DNA from: the human T2T-CHM13v2.0 reference genome, Homo sapiens
NCBI RefSeq assembly: GCF_009914755.1
Contig: NC_060926.1
Direction: 5' to 3' (one strand)
Length of the DNA stretch: 64,000 nucleotides
Both the position numbers and the translations under genes were made by a program. Every line of letters starts with the position of its first letter. Positions within the stretch are counted from its first letter, which is position 1. The notes below the pieces were generated by a model. It ran no database searches and had not been told where the DNA came from. It was given only the letters and a program-made list of their open reading frames with translations. Shown here piece by piece: positions 43,263 through 64,000 of this stretch.

Positions 43263-46200
43263 AGGCAAACAGATGTGCCTTTTAAGAAGTTAAAGAGAAA
43301 CTTGCATTATATTATTGGAAGTAGGGCATACTATATAACATCAAATGGCCTGCTTATATTATCTCAATGGCTTGACTTTCCAGAAATAGTAGACTCATTC
43401 TTTTGGCAGTCTTCATGAAACACTCTATCTTTTGCTAACATTATTTTAACTCATTTGAGTTGAATTCCAGTGATTGAGGAAATGTTACTATATGGATTTT
43501 GTCATTTAAATATTTCAGCCTGGTTACCACCTGTTCATTGTAAACTTCTTGCTACAATTAGCAATGTCATCTTAACTTTTCTATTTCAGTCTTATTCATA
43601 ATGGTAAACATGCACACTTGGGGCTATAGGATTGTAAGAATAATTAAAGAAAGAAAATTGGTAATAGCCTGATTTGATATAACTGGTATTTTGTGAGAAA
43701 TTTTTAAAAAGATGTTCTTCATTAAAAACCACTGTTTGAATTTCAGATTTTATAAGAAATCCCAGTATACTTGATGTAGCTAAGAACAATAAGTTAGCTT
43801 TCTGCTTCATTATTACACACTGTACTATGTTAGTAATATCTTTATTAGTTATTTCAAAGAAATCTTTTATGAAAAATGATATTTAGAAGAAGTGCTAATA
43901 TGTTTTAAACAATATCATATATTCAACATTCATTTTTGTTTTTCTATTATGAAAGTTTAAATTGATTTAATTATACTAAAGTATTAATGGCTTAGTAACA
44001 TTGTGAATATATATTTATTTAACTAGTTTCGTTTCTGTGTTTCTGAATCCTCTCATTTCTTTAAAACCCAATTCCATTTATTTGCACAAAATGTACTTAT
44101 CTTCTTATGTTTAACAGTTTTGTCTTTTTAAAAAATAATTCATTTGTAAACCTATCCTTGTTTTTAAATAATTTATTTTTATGGGTGATTTCAATGCCCT
44201 TCTTGATAAAAGTAAATATCTCACATTAATCATAGGCAATGCTTCTCTAGTTTATACCTTCTTACCTGATCAGTTTAACCTATTTTCAGGAATGAAACTG
44301 TCAGTTTGGGATTATCCTTTATATATTGTTAATTGCTTTCAAAAATTTATGATTGTCTAGTGTCCCCAAGCTTATTAATTTCCTTTTGCTACCAAAATGG
44401 TTTCACGTCTGGATCGTTACCCTTAGCTAAGCAGTTATTCTTCTGTATTTTTTTTCATATTGCAAAATAGGCAAACAATATTAAATTTCATTCTCCAAGT
44501 ATGTTCATTATAGCTTAAGAAGTTCACTTTGGATACCTTTGGCATTTACAAAATAGTGTAATTTTCCAATAGACCACTCAAATTACTTGATGAATTGTTG
44601 CAATTTTTTCCTAATATGGGGGTAAGTAATTACTTGCATAAAGGGTAAAAATGTATTTCTTCTCACCATACATCTGTTTCAAGACAGATGATTTAAACTT
44701 TTCCCAATATCATCACTACTTAGCCATTTTACAAGCTGCATTAAATTCTCTAGGTATATATTTCCATCAATACAATACTATAGATTTACCACATTACTAA
44801 TTACTCTGTTTAAAAAGTAAATTCTTCATCATTTGATTTGAATTTTAATGGCTTTTTAACCATAACTTCAGTTGGAATAGAGATATCTACAATGTAATTT
44901 TCTACAAGAAAAACAAAAATTAAACTAAGAAAATTTAGCAACAGATGCTTCAGAAATGTCTTCACTTGGGGATACATATGTTTGCTTTATGAATCTTGTG
45001 AGGCTTGAAAATACAACTTTCAAAAATCTTGCAGCCTGGAAATGTCATAGCACAAAGAAAGCGCCCAAACAAAAGTAATACAGGCAGTGGTCATTAAAGT
45101 TATTTCCCCAGTGATACCCTGAATTAATGGTGCAGCATCTACACAAGTGAGTTCCCATTTCTTTCTCTTGTCATTTAAGCTCTTTCCTCATTTACATTTT
45201 GCATCTTTTTTATATGGCATTTTTCTTTTTAAATTGTCTTTATAAACTCTGTCTTGCCATTTTTCTTGCCTGTTTCAACTATTCCATATTTATTCTTCAA
45301 TTTGCAAACTATTCTTTCTTCAGAATAAAAAAAATAAAGAAATTCAAAATAGATTTCAGGATTCTCAGGTAAAATTTCTTGTCTGTTCACTAATGTGGAA
45401 GTCCTCAATAATGTAAGGATATATGAAGAAAATTTCTAGCTTCAGTTGCACTAATGGAAACTAGCTCCTGCAAAATGGTAGTTTAAGAATTGACTACACA
45501 GCAGTTACGTGTTAGTCAAACCCATCTGCAAATAAATATAATATGTAAATATAATATTATATATATATAATTTGCCTTTTGGTTTCTGTTTAGATGTCTT
45601 TTCTCATATACGTAAACATACTTACTTTAGATAATTCCTTTTTTAAAATCCTGATAATGCCATGAAAACACTGTATGTAAAAATGCATTTAAAATTGAGT
45701 AAAGGTCAGGGTTCTGTCTTGATGGTGCTTGTCAGGCACTAAATAAATATTAGTAGATTAATTAATCAGTCATACAAAAATAACAAATTGACTCACACAA
45801 TTCCCTAAACATATAAAACCAAATTAACTAGACAATTCTGTTAAAATGGACTAATACATAACTGCTGTGTAGTCAGTATAAATCAATGATGGGCAATGGG
45901 CTGTCTACTGGCCACCTGCCTCCTATCTAGATGCTGGACTCTATAATGTGATTTCAAATAGGAATTTTCTCAGTTTATAAAAGAGAAGGAAAAGGAATTA
46001 AGTGAAAAACTGAGATAACTTTAGACAAAGAAGGAAAAAAATGCTTTCTACAACCACTTCTGATTAGAAGAGGAGTCCTTTAAGAATATTCTAACTCAGC
46101 CAAAGAGGTCCAGCCAGGTGAGAAGTTAAACAGTGTAGGAGGTTGGGAAATGACCAGGAGAATTAACCCTGAAAGAAATAATACCAAATCCCTTTAGTCC

Positions 46201-46429
46201 CAGTTCATCTAAACCAAACATTGATGCCTGAAGCTGTTTTTTGAAAATGGGGGTGACAGCCTTTCCCTGGCTTGTACAATTTGTCCTTGTTTCCCCCAAA
46301 CAGCAATTATTCCACAATCATAAGAAAGGAAGGTTCATCAAAAAGAAGGTCTACTTTGGTCTTTTCATTATTTTTTGTTTCAAAAATAAAGCTTGTCATA
46401 GGATAAGCACTCAGAAAATGGGTTATGGT

Positions 46430-46620
46430 TAGAAATTAATACATTCTAGCCACAGATGTGATAATAATAGCTGGGTGACTCTCATTAAGTTACTTAATCT
46501 GTCTGAATATATCTCTCTACCTATAAAGTGGGAATAATAATGCCCATCTCTCAGTGTTTCATGGATGCCAATGAATAAAGGTGAATACATTCCATGAACT
46601 CTTAAGGAATGTGGAAACAA
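46430..46620 (+). mobile_element. MIR SINE
   Basis: tagctgggtgactctcattaagttacttaatctgtctga ... ctataaagtgggaataataatgcc. Confidence 0.75.
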
Positions 46621-46689
46621 AGGTCTGAAAAATAGCAAAGCTTTCTCCATGCCAAATGTGCCCACACATTTGTATTTTTTGTGTGTTTT

Positions 46690-49710
<3,021 letters not shown>

Positions 49711-49719
49711 AAATAAATA

Positions 49720-50515
49720 TTGATACATTTCATTATAAATGAAAATAAATGTTGGTACATTTCATAAACATGATAAAATAAAAATAATATTTGTAGTTTT
49801 CATCACCAATCTCATCAGAAGGTAAGTATTGGGGAGCTATCAAGTTAATGGTATTAGAGATAAGTTTTCAATAATTCTAATTTTTTCTTGAGAGTTCAAA
49901 TTTTATGATTGGCAGCAAGCACTCCTAATTGTTTTGTTTCTAGTGATAAGTTCACTTGATTTATTCATAAGAAAATATCTGCCATACACCAGGTTTGAAT
50001 TTCCATATTTCTTTGTCAGTCATTCTTTTAAGTAAAAAGTAATGCTTCATGTAAAAAATAGTTCAGTTCGCAACCCAAATAATTGCATATGTGCTTTTCT
50101 TTGAGATAACCATCATATTTTGGAGTTTTAGAGTTCAGTATTGGAATTCATATTTAGCATTATGTGGGTTTCCCATTCAGTACACAGGATAGTAATGATG
50201 TCTACTCAAGGGCATTCTTAAGTGAAACTGTTTCTGTTTGTTTATTTACCTTTGAGTATATGAATATAATGACTACTGATATCACTTAGTGCTACTGACT
50301 TGATTAAGGCTAAAATATCACTTAGTGCCACTGACTTGATTCAGGCTAAAATGCCGCTGTTTCATCCATCATTACTTTTGCACAGAATAAATGTTAATTC
50401 AGTGAAAATGATAAATAATGTCTTATATTTAGGAAAATAGTTTTGATTCTGTGGACCCCTAGAAGGCTCTCAGGGATTCCCAGGGGTTCATGGGCCATAC
50501 TTTGAAAATGATTGT
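49720..50515. mobile_element. Charlie1-family hAT DNA transposon fragment
   Basis: catcaccaatctcatcagaa ... gttcagttcgcaac ... gtggacccctagaaggctctcagggattcccaggggttcatgggccatactttgaaaa terminal region. Confidence 0.8.
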
Positions 50516-53500
50516 CACAGAGTTTAGAGTTTACAAAATTCATATTTGATCTACTAGAGTCAACTATCAATTAGAGCTTTTACCAAATCCCATAAAAATG
50601 CAAGGACTTTAGAATACTTTGATTCCATTTACCATCTCTAATGCCTTGTATGTTATTATTGTCATATATCTAAATATATATCTATTATCAAAACCTATAG
50701 GAGACTATTATTGCTTTGTACAATCAATATTTATGTGGCTTTATCCTCAAGTTTACCATTTCCATTGCTCTTTATTTTTTGGCGTGTATTTGTATCTGTA
50801 TCTGGAATCATTTTTCTTTTGCCTGAAAAATGTCCTTTAGAAGTTACGTCTGCATGAGCTCCAAAGAATGAAATTTTTCTTTTCATATTGTTGATTACAT
50901 CTTTATTTTGCCTTTATTTTTGTAGAATATGTTCACTGAAGGTAGAATTTTAGGTTATAATTTATTATTGTTGTTGTTTTATTATTTTTCATATTTCATA
51001 TGTGCCATTCCATTGTCTTCTCTTTTCTACTGTTTCTCAGTCTTACCTGGACATTGCTCCTATTGTCTTCAAAGACCTGTTTTGTTTGTTAGGCTTATAT
51101 TTTGTCCAGTTTTTCTACTTGTTCTTGGCAAGGCTTTTTTTCATACAAGATTCTCCATCATGACTGAGAGTAGAATTCTCTTCTAATTAATTTTTAATCA
51201 TAAAGTAAAATAATGGAAGAAAGGTTGTATCTAATTCTAATTGCATTTAATTATTTTAAGTATTCAGGTACTTCAATATTTGTTTAACCTTGATACCTAG
51301 AAGATTTGAGAGAAAAAAAGTGGGCTACATTTAATCTATACACACACTGCTTCCTGTGGGTTCTAAGGTAGAAAGCTAAAATTTGTCTTTATGTCAGACT
51401 CGTGTACTTTGGAATGAATCATTTTGATAAACCCTCTTAGTCATGAATATGTAAGCCAAGTACCTTCACATTGTTTTGGCAGAAGGCCCAAATATTTGTT
51501 GAGTAATAAAAATGCCAATTCTTTAAGAGGTTGATAAGTATTTTCTTTATAGTGTGAAAGATTATACCAGTTGAATAGTGTGAAATGGGCATCTCATCAA
51601 AGGGACTGTTTGTATATTAAGAAGGAATCTTCAGCATCCTGTGGAAAGAAGTCTGAGGAAAGAGAGAAAAGTGCGGAACTGAAAATAGAGGGGCTCATGG
51701 AACAAAAGGAATAGCATAGCAAGGCAAAGGAAAAGAAGGGAATCACCAATAAGGGCCTCTCCAATGTAAGAGGAAAAAACAATGAACTACAGGAAAAGGG
51801 AAGAGTGATAAACAATTTTCATTATTCCATTTTTTAAATTTTAATTTTCTTTTGCCTAATAAAATTCTCTGAAGGAACTATAGTGTTGATCTCCAGAGCA
51901 TCTACTCGATGCAGACATTTGAAGTGGCACAGAGGAGCAAAGATGATGCCACTGGATGTTGACTGGGAGGGGCAGTTTGCAGCCAGAGATAAATAAATGA
52001 ATAAATACATAAATAAATAAATAAAAATCAAGGAGTGTCTGCCTTTCCCAGTGATTCTCCAATTACTTGAGAAAGTCACTGGACTTATTATGCTATTTCT
52101 ATAGTGGACTTGTTATTTTATTTTGATACAAAAAGAAAAAAGTAATTTCATAAAGACAGAAAATGTGGGCATACTTCAGTTCCAATATCTATAAAATAAG
52201 GAGCAAATTAACTCATTTATGTAGAAAAAGCCTTCATAGGGGGACATTTTATACTTAAAGAATGAAGAAAAGCAATCTACACTTATAACTAAAATACTAA
52301 AATATGCAATCACATAATGAATAGTAAATATGTCTAAATTAAACTCAATATTTGTTTGTTTCCATTTTTAGAATTAGCTACTATAAATCTTTGATGACAT
52401 GCTGTAACTATGAGCAAAGTATTTCCTACTGATAAGAAATTCCAGCCTTTAACCCAGAGAGTTGCCTAGAATGAACAGGCCTCTGGTTACAGCTTCTAAT
52501 ATATAAGTTAAGTAGATTTTTAGTTATGCTCTTTTCTGTGGAACCACAGAATGGCCAATCTCTAAAACTTGAAAACTTCAAAGCATTGTTGGAAATTGAT
52601 TTATAGTGTAAAACTCTACATACTATTTGGAGGGAAGGTAAGTTTTCTTCTCTTTCATTCATTCTTCCTAAAAATGTCTGCAAATGTAAAAGGGAATTTT
52701 TGCGATTTGCAGAAATAGGGTGAAACAAACCTGTATGCATATTACACAAAATCACTGAGAAAAGCATGAAAAAAAAGCAGTCAACCAACTAGTTGTTTCA
52801 ATCCTACATATACCATTTTCTAACTATTTGGGTAAAATGTTTAATAAATGAACTAAAAAAACAGTTTTATGGCTTAGTGTCAAAACAGCATTATTTTATT
52901 CATGTAATTATTCTGATTTTAAATAGAGATTCCTACCATTCCTTTTCTCCTTCTCTTTCACTCTGTCTCTTCCCTCCAACAAATCTGTATTTGACATATG
53001 CATACATGTCATACTGACATTAATCCAAATGTACTTATTTGTATATCTACATTTGATATTGATAAGTATACATACACAGACAGGTATACATATAACAAAT
53101 ACATAAAATGTCTATAGGTCTCATATTTTTATAGTATTATTTTCAGTTCCCAGCACACATTCAATTCAATAGACTTATTAACCAACCATTAGAAATGTGT
53201 TACGATATTGAAGCAGCCATGGCCTGTGTTCCATGTCAGTTGTGTTGGCTTAGGCTGACACATAGCTACGAGACATGATGGATCAAAGTAATTAAAGTTC
53301 CAATCATTTACCTTTCTATGTTCAATGTCAGCTCAACTAGCCCTCACCGTGGGTTCCTAATACGTTAATATTGCCAGATGTGTGCGTGTGCACAAATGCA
53401 TGTGTGTATGTGCTTGTGAATAATACAGAAGTGTGATTACTTTTTCTGTTTTGAAAGAATTTGTCAGCATTTTCATTTTAAAATTTGCTTATGTATTATT

Positions 53501-54963
53501 AAACTTTTACAACATTAAGTTAAAAAACCTTAGCTTTCAATGCATTTACATTTATTCAAATCTGGGACTATCTTTGCCTTGATATGTTAGGTAAGAATCA
53601 TTAGTAGGTAGAAGTTATGTTTATATATAGAATTATAGAAGTTGTAAGAAAGTTTGCATGGTCCTCCTATCAATTCTTCTGCACTAAACCAGATAAATAT
53701 GAATCAATCTATGAAAGTTGGTAATATAATCAACTACTTACAGATTTCTCACGTGAAGACATTGCTTACAATTTGTTTGTATCTCTGAGAGCCAGCTTTT
53801 CTAAATCAAGAAAAGAGACATAAAATAATTGGCTAAGATTAAAATTTGAGTTTCCAGCAGAAGTTCACTCTATTTGCATGATGTTCAATTTTGAACAGCA
53901 GCAAAGTTGATAGACTCCAGGCAACATTTCTTATTACTCTTTAATAGTTTTTGTTTTCTAGAGGCTAACAACTAAGACTATAGCCAGATATACATTTTAA
54001 TGGTACAATCAACACCGCATTAATACTTACCATGGGAATCTATTCAGTGACACCTATTAATAATCTCCACTCCCACTCCTTGGTTTTACACCTTGGCTTT
54101 ATTTTGTTTGATCTTGCCCTAACACTTTTAATTTGCCATACTAAAATGATTATTTTTAACTTCTTGGTAATAAAACTCTTTAAATGTTTAGATGTCAGTT
54201 GACAAAGGTCTTCATATTTATTCCTCTTAATTATTTTAATTTATCTTTTTCAATTTGTTTGTTTAGTTGCAGCTTAGGTGCAAGTGAACCATACTTATAA
54301 AATATTTGCTAAAAAAAGAGCCCAAGTATTTTTCAATATGAAAAAAAATTAGATCTATGTTATCATATAACTATTATTCGGGAACAATATTAGATCAGTG
54401 GGATTACTATCTTTACTAACTGGATCAGTTAAAGTATTAGATCCTTATCAGATTTATGGAAATAATAATGCAGTCATTGTCAGTATTTGATTAATGTCAT
54501 GCATTAATTGCTTTTTGTTGATAGATGGCTTTAGGATAATATATTTGTTCCAAGTTTCCTACATGAAACATTCTTTTGATCCTAAAAGTTATCCTGTTAG
54601 GATCTCCTAGCCTCTGGCATTCAGTTGCTGAAAGCAACATGTTCATTTAGCTGTGGATGCTGCAACACTTTGATGCAGTGTTCAGTCAGCACAACTTTGA
54701 GTCACGTGATAAATTAATAACGCAGAATTCTTTTCATAGAGCTGTCTTGCCTTTTTAAGTCAGTGAAAGATTACCACATGCATTACTTTTGTGCCTTTTT
54801 AAAACAGAATTCACAACAAATTGCCTGGCCTTTTAGTTAGGCTGACCTTTCTGGCCCATGAATGCCAGCTCTAAAAGCTAGCTGGAGTAGTTAGCCTGTA
54901 TTTGTTGGACTTTCCATAAAGCAATTGAGCATAGAGAAAAAAAATGGAGAATTGATAAATGGC

Positions 54964-54968
<5 letters not shown>

Positions 54969-55002
<34 letters not shown>
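54969..55002. repeat. (TG)17 microsatellite
   Basis: Directly visible. Confidence 0.98.
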
Positions 55003-55005
<3 letters not shown>

Positions 55006-55870
55006 ATATATTATCTATTTCACTTTGCAAAGGATACGTATAAAACAAAATTAAGACTATTATCTATATTCACCATTATTTAAAAAATCAAAGACATTTT
55101 AACAAAAAATGTGTAACAGGCCTAATTTAAAATTAAGAAACAGACTTTCTGAAATTGCAATTGGCAAACTTACCCAACAATACGTTTTAGAATTTTTATA
55201 TTTTAAAATATAAAGGCCAATAATACCATATTGGTCTGGGTACAAATTTAACAGCATGCAAATCTGTATTTGAGAAAATAACAACAGGATATGAGTTTCA
55301 GTTTAGCTCTTCATTTTTTTTTATTCTTAAACACTAAAACAAACTCCCCTCTCTGTGGCCCCATTATCTCATTTTTAACCCCTGCAAAATAGAGAATGAA
55401 AAGTAAAAGTGTGCAATAATGTATAGTAAAGTTAAATTTGACTATGATGTAGGAAATTGAGGCCAATTTTAAAAATTAAAATTTTAACCAAGTTACAAAT
55501 ACGTCAACAACTAATACTGAGTATCAATAGTCTTCTTTGTGATCTCTTTTTCGTGTTAGGTTGTTATGAAATAATTAGCAATATCAAACATAACATCAGA
55601 AACTAATCTGAGAAATGGTCCCAGATGACTGTTATGGGCATTCGCTGTATCCTGGGAGTGCTTCAATTCTTCCAAAAATCCAGTATATATTTATTGGAAG
55701 CAAAATGACATTTATTTAGAAATTGAGCACAGCATTTGCATTTCTCATTTTAAAGTATAAATTCCTATACATCTAACATTCATTGTTTCTGCCAACTTGG
55801 ACCAATATATTTTATTTGCTAGATTTTAATACTATTTTTGGGACTAAATCTGCTTAAACATAACTAAAAG

Positions 55871-56033
55871 CATTGGTTCTTAACCTTTTTTTTTCCCTGA
55901 GCACAGACAACACTGCGTATCTGATCACGTTTTTAACCTTTCAAAAATAAATACGATCTAAAATTGGACATTAAATACCAAGGTTTTTATCAATCCATTA
56001 TAACTCACTGAAGGATCCTATGTTAAATACCTG
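55871..56033. mobile_element. MER103-like hAT MITE
   Basis: cattggttcttaacctttt ... gttaaatacctg degenerate inverted ends. Confidence 0.5.
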
Positions 56034-57768
56034 TAACATAAGAAATGTATTAACTACTTAAAGTGCTTTTTGGTATTTTTACTTTCAATAGGATTAAATA
56101 AAAAAGAGATCCCAAATAAACATTTTATGCCATAGTTAGTAGTGTGTCTTTTATATCAAGAATATAAAAAATTTTCGGGGAAAACTGACATGTATTATAC
56201 AATGAATTTTTTAGAACTAAGAAGCACAAGATAAATTCTGGAATGATAAAGATGAACATTGTTTTTTCTCACATATGATTTTATACTTTGCTCAATTTAC
56301 GAAGTATGCATGCATTTACATATGAATGTACACATGAATGTATATATGCTTTAGAATAATCTGTTTACTTTAATAACTAATTTGAAGTCATAGCCTCACA
56401 TTAAACCTGGTTATGTTAAGGAGTATCACCTATACTAACTTTTTTTTACTCTCTGTTTTTAATCTAGGAAAATGTTGAGGTTCTAAAAATCTGATAGGTT
56501 TTGCTGAGACTGATTTCTAAATTTAGATATCAGAGCTTTTGTTATGTATATAATTCATAACCATCTCTTCCATAAAATAACAATTTGCATCCCACTTTAA
56601 AATGCAGCTACCGCTCTATATATCTGATTTTAAATATTATCTTTTAAACTTCTGGAAAAAAGATATGATGTATTTTTAAATCATTTTCTATGTGGTGAGA
56701 AGTACAAACTCTCTGACCTTTCACCTCATATTTCTTCACACACACACACAGAGCTTCCAAAATTCTAACATTTCTATGGTAATTTCTGTTGAACAATTTT
56801 AGCAGGCACATGTTAATAAGGTATTAAATACAGCAGAGTGTTGGTGATATTTGGAGAAGGCAACTATTTTAGGCTCTTGAGGCCAGAGGGGGAAGGTACC
56901 AGAAGAGTATGCACATATATCTCAAATCTGTAGAAATACGTGTTGGAGAACTTCAGGCTTCAGCCAACCACGAGACTGGGAAATTGGAGATTTGAAACAC
57001 TGATATTTAGCTCTCTTGGGCAAACAGGTCCTATCTGACTTGTGAGTTAAAGGAGATATGTTTCATCTTTGACATATTTTTTAATGCAATGAATCAGTTA
57101 TTGAGTGATGGACATTCTGCACTACCTCTTAGTGTCTTAGTGTTTCATGACACTAAGACATCTGCCTTAATGTTAGAAATATAACAAATATAAGGCAGTC
57201 GTGAAGGAGTATCTGCATAAGTCAAATTTTTTTCAATGTTTACAAAATTATCTGTATGTATCAAAGAAACATTTTATTATATCTGCATTATAAACTCAAT
57301 CTTTAAAATATTTACAGGACATTGGCAAAGTATTTAAATAAATCTATATCATTTTAGATCCTTATATTTTTATTTTATTTTCTCTATGTTCTTAGGGGTC
57401 CAAATATTATTATGTGCGTGGACAATTAATCCTTTGCTTTTTTAAAATAATAGGTAGTTGAAAAATTACAAACTCAATGTTTTACTTATGCTATTATACT
57501 GCCCAAATTCTTTCATGCTGCAAAAGAAAGGCCACACTTTGGAAAATGTCCCTATGTAAATGAACCTGTGAAAATATGGCATCTTTCTGTGTATGCACAA
57601 ATAACATATTAATTGTCAGATTTTTTTTCTAATTTCATGTAGAGAAAATTCAATATTATACTTAAATATAACATAAATTTAAAATAGATTCCAATATGTT
57701 ATGTACTCTTATATACTTCTAACATATGTCACTCAATATTCACATGGTGGATAAAGAGTGCTTCTTAC

Positions 57769-57798
57769 AGTAATTTCTCATCTCAAGCATGTCAAAAT
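57769..57798 (-). other. candidate 30-nt frame-preserving micro-exon
   Basis: Minus strand ttatcccttttatag|ATTTTGACATGCTTGAGATGAGAAATTACT|gtaaga; only phase 1 is open (xFDMLEMRNY). Confidence 0.3.
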
Positions 57799-58990
57799 CT
57801 ATAAAAGGGATAACGTTAACAAAATTATACCTAACACTACTGAACAGAAAGGTGCAGGTAGCATCGTGAGCCATCTGGAACTCCCAATGGATATCTATAG
57901 ACACTTCCCAACATGAACACGAGAAAGACACTCCTTCCCTCTATGGGCAACAGAAAACATCTGTTTAGTTTTCTTGAAATGCTGCCAAGTATACATTAGA
58001 GCAGGTAGCATCAGGTTAAACTGTGTAACCAAAAGCAAGCACTAATGGCATTTAATATATACACACTTTTTAATGACTGTGATGCTTTATGTCAAAAAAA
58101 CTTTTAAATATTTTTTTTAAAACACTGGAATTATCAGCATTTTGAATGACTTGGGAGAAAAAGTGCATTCATTTTTAGAAAGTTTTCACTAGTAAATACA
58201 ATTCTTCTTAATTAGATATCCCAGCTTTTATACTTTTATTTCTTTATTTCTTCTGTTTTGAACATTTCAAACATTTTAAAAATTAAAAAATAAAAGTTTA
58301 AAAATCTAGTCTCTTAAAAAACTTTTAGGTCATATGAGAATAAACTTTTTGCCAATATATTGTTTAACATCTTTCCTTCATTTACTTGCACATTCAGTCC
58401 AAAAAGATATATTTAGAAATTTATGGCAATATTTCTTCAAGTATAATGACTACAAATGGTACTACATAACTCATAAAAAATTATCAGAAAAAAACATGTA
58501 ATTTAAAATATTACAAATAAAATTAATGTTACTAATATCGCTAAATAAGATAACTTACACAATATTTATTAGACTACCCAAATGTGTAGGTATGAGCTAA
58601 TTTTTTAAAGTGCATAAGTTTACAAGGCTACACCAATATTATAAATAAAGTAGAATCAATCTGATTTATTTATGTAAAGGTTAAAGAGTTCCCTTAAAAA
58701 CCTCAGATGATTATACATTAATTTTTACATCTGTGGTTGAATCAGAGTAGGTTTAGAATTGTTGTACCATTTTTTCTTTCCTTTTATTTCTGTAAATATC
58801 CAACAACCAAATTGTGTTTAACTATTATCGCCTCCCAAGAGCCATAAAAAATGCTATCATTCATTAGGTTATTGATTGTGTACACTTGATTTTTATTTTA
58901 ATGTAATTCAACACTTTAAAAAGTCAGAAGTAGTAAGAAATGATCTTCACATTTTGATATATCTTCTCTCACATTTCTACTTTAAGATAT

Positions 58991-59389
58991 TGTTTTAGTG
59001 GTTTGGTGTTACAATAAAGGAATACCCGAGGCTGGATAATTATAAAGAAAAGTGTTTTATTTGGCTCATGATCCTGCTGGCTAGAAGACTGAGCATCTGC
59101 TGAAAGCCTGAGATTGCTTCCCCTCCTGATGGAGGGTGAAAGGGAGCTGGTGAGTGCAGAGATCCTACTGTGAGATAGAAAGCAAGAAAGAGAGGGGAGA
59201 AGTACCACCACCAGCTTTTTAACCACCAGCTCTCACGGGAACAAACAGAGTGAGAACTCACTCACCATACCCCCAAGGAGGGCATTAATCTATTCATGAA
59301 GGGTTCCCCCCTCATGACTTAAACACCTCCCATTTGGCCCCACCTTCAACACTGAGGATTTGGAGAGGACAAGAATCCAACCTATCGCA
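58991..59389 (-). mobile_element. MSTB-type MaLR solo LTR
   Basis: TG...CA ends, exact 5-bp TSD gatat (58986 and 59390), ggcattaatctattcatga. Confidence 0.92.
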
Positions 59390-59662
59390 GATATTTTCTA
59401 TCAATAAATTTTTTTAATTTCCAAAACCATTCCCTATGCAGCTAACTTATCTTTTCGCTGTTCTGAGGATATTTGGAGGAACTTGCGCAATAGCAACATA
59501 AAAAATTCTACAGACTTCTCACAAGCAAAACAACCATAAAAATTATAGAAATTTACAAAAAAAGATTTAGTGTGTCTGGAAATTGTCCTAATTGTATACA
59601 GAAAATGAAAAGAAACAACAAAAAAACTTTTATTCAATATAGTTCCTAAATCTAAATGAAAA

Positions 59663-60250
59663 CAACCATTGTGGAAGACAGTGTGGTGATTCCTCAGGGA
59701 TCTAGTACTAGAGATACCATTTGACCCAGCCAATCCATTACTGGGTATGTACCCAAAGGAATATAAATCATGCTGCTATAAAGACACATGCACATGTATC
59801 TTTATGCACTCACAGTAGCAAAGACTTGGAACCAACCCAAATGTCTAACAATGATAGACTGGATTAAGAAAATGTGGCACATATACACCATGGAATACTA
59901 TGCAGCCATAAAAAAGGTGAGTTCATGTCCGTTGTAGGGACATGGATGAAGCTGGAAACCATCATTCTCAGCAAACTATTGCAAGGACAAAAAACTAAAC
60001 ACCGCATGTTCTCACTCATAGGTGGGAATTGAACAATGAGAACACTTGGACACAGGAAGGGGAACATCACACACTGAGGCCTGTTGTGGGGTGGGGTGAG
60101 AGGGGAGGGATAGCATTAGGAGATATCCTAATGTAAATGACGAGTTAATGGGTGCAGCACACCAACATGGCATATGTATACATATGTAAGAAACCTGCAC
60201 GTTCTGCACACCTAGAACTTAAAGTATAATATATATATATATATAAAAGA
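59663..60250 (+). mobile_element. L1PA (PA4-6-like) 3' fragment with an (AT)-rich tail
   Basis: caaccattgtggaagacagtgtgg ... ctagaacttaaagtataat. Confidence 0.95.
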
Positions 60251-60299
60251 AAATAAGAGTCTATGACATTAAGCCACTGAAACTCTCTCTCCTTTTCCT

Positions 60300-64000
<3,701 letters not shown>

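Noticed and set aside
54023-54035. atacttacc, matching the U1 snRNA 5' end
   Set aside because: Only 9 nt match and the rest is not U1. It is simply a minus-strand donor-like motif with no good acceptor.

Overview
AT-rich, repeat-dense primate (human/great-ape type) genomic DNA, intronic or intergenic. I see no recognisable intact protein-coding gene, rRNA, tRNA or CRISPR array. The ORF track is explained by L1/Alu/LTR sequence or chance. The main structure is a ~20 kb minus-strand nest (8170-28530): an ancient L1MA hosting four Alus, a full-length but dead L1PA5/6-like LINE, an internally deleted L1PB1, a MER4A1 LTR and a solo LTR12 (ERV9). Elsewhere are MIR, L2, MLT1, THE1, MST, Charlie and further L1 fragments. 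What repeat annotation does not explain is a recurring set of local templated-copy scars: a ~139-bp segment copied from ~1.55 kb away into a (TA)n tract, a 150-bp near-perfect doublet 1319 bp apart, tandem duplications of 122 and 36 bp, and several template-switch palindromes including a 20-bp perfect hairpin. There are also two well-formed minus-strand exon candidates (27-89 and 57769-57798). I found no convincing new biological system; these are leads. Repeat subfamily names come from remembered consensus features and need RepeatMasker/Dfam confirmation.
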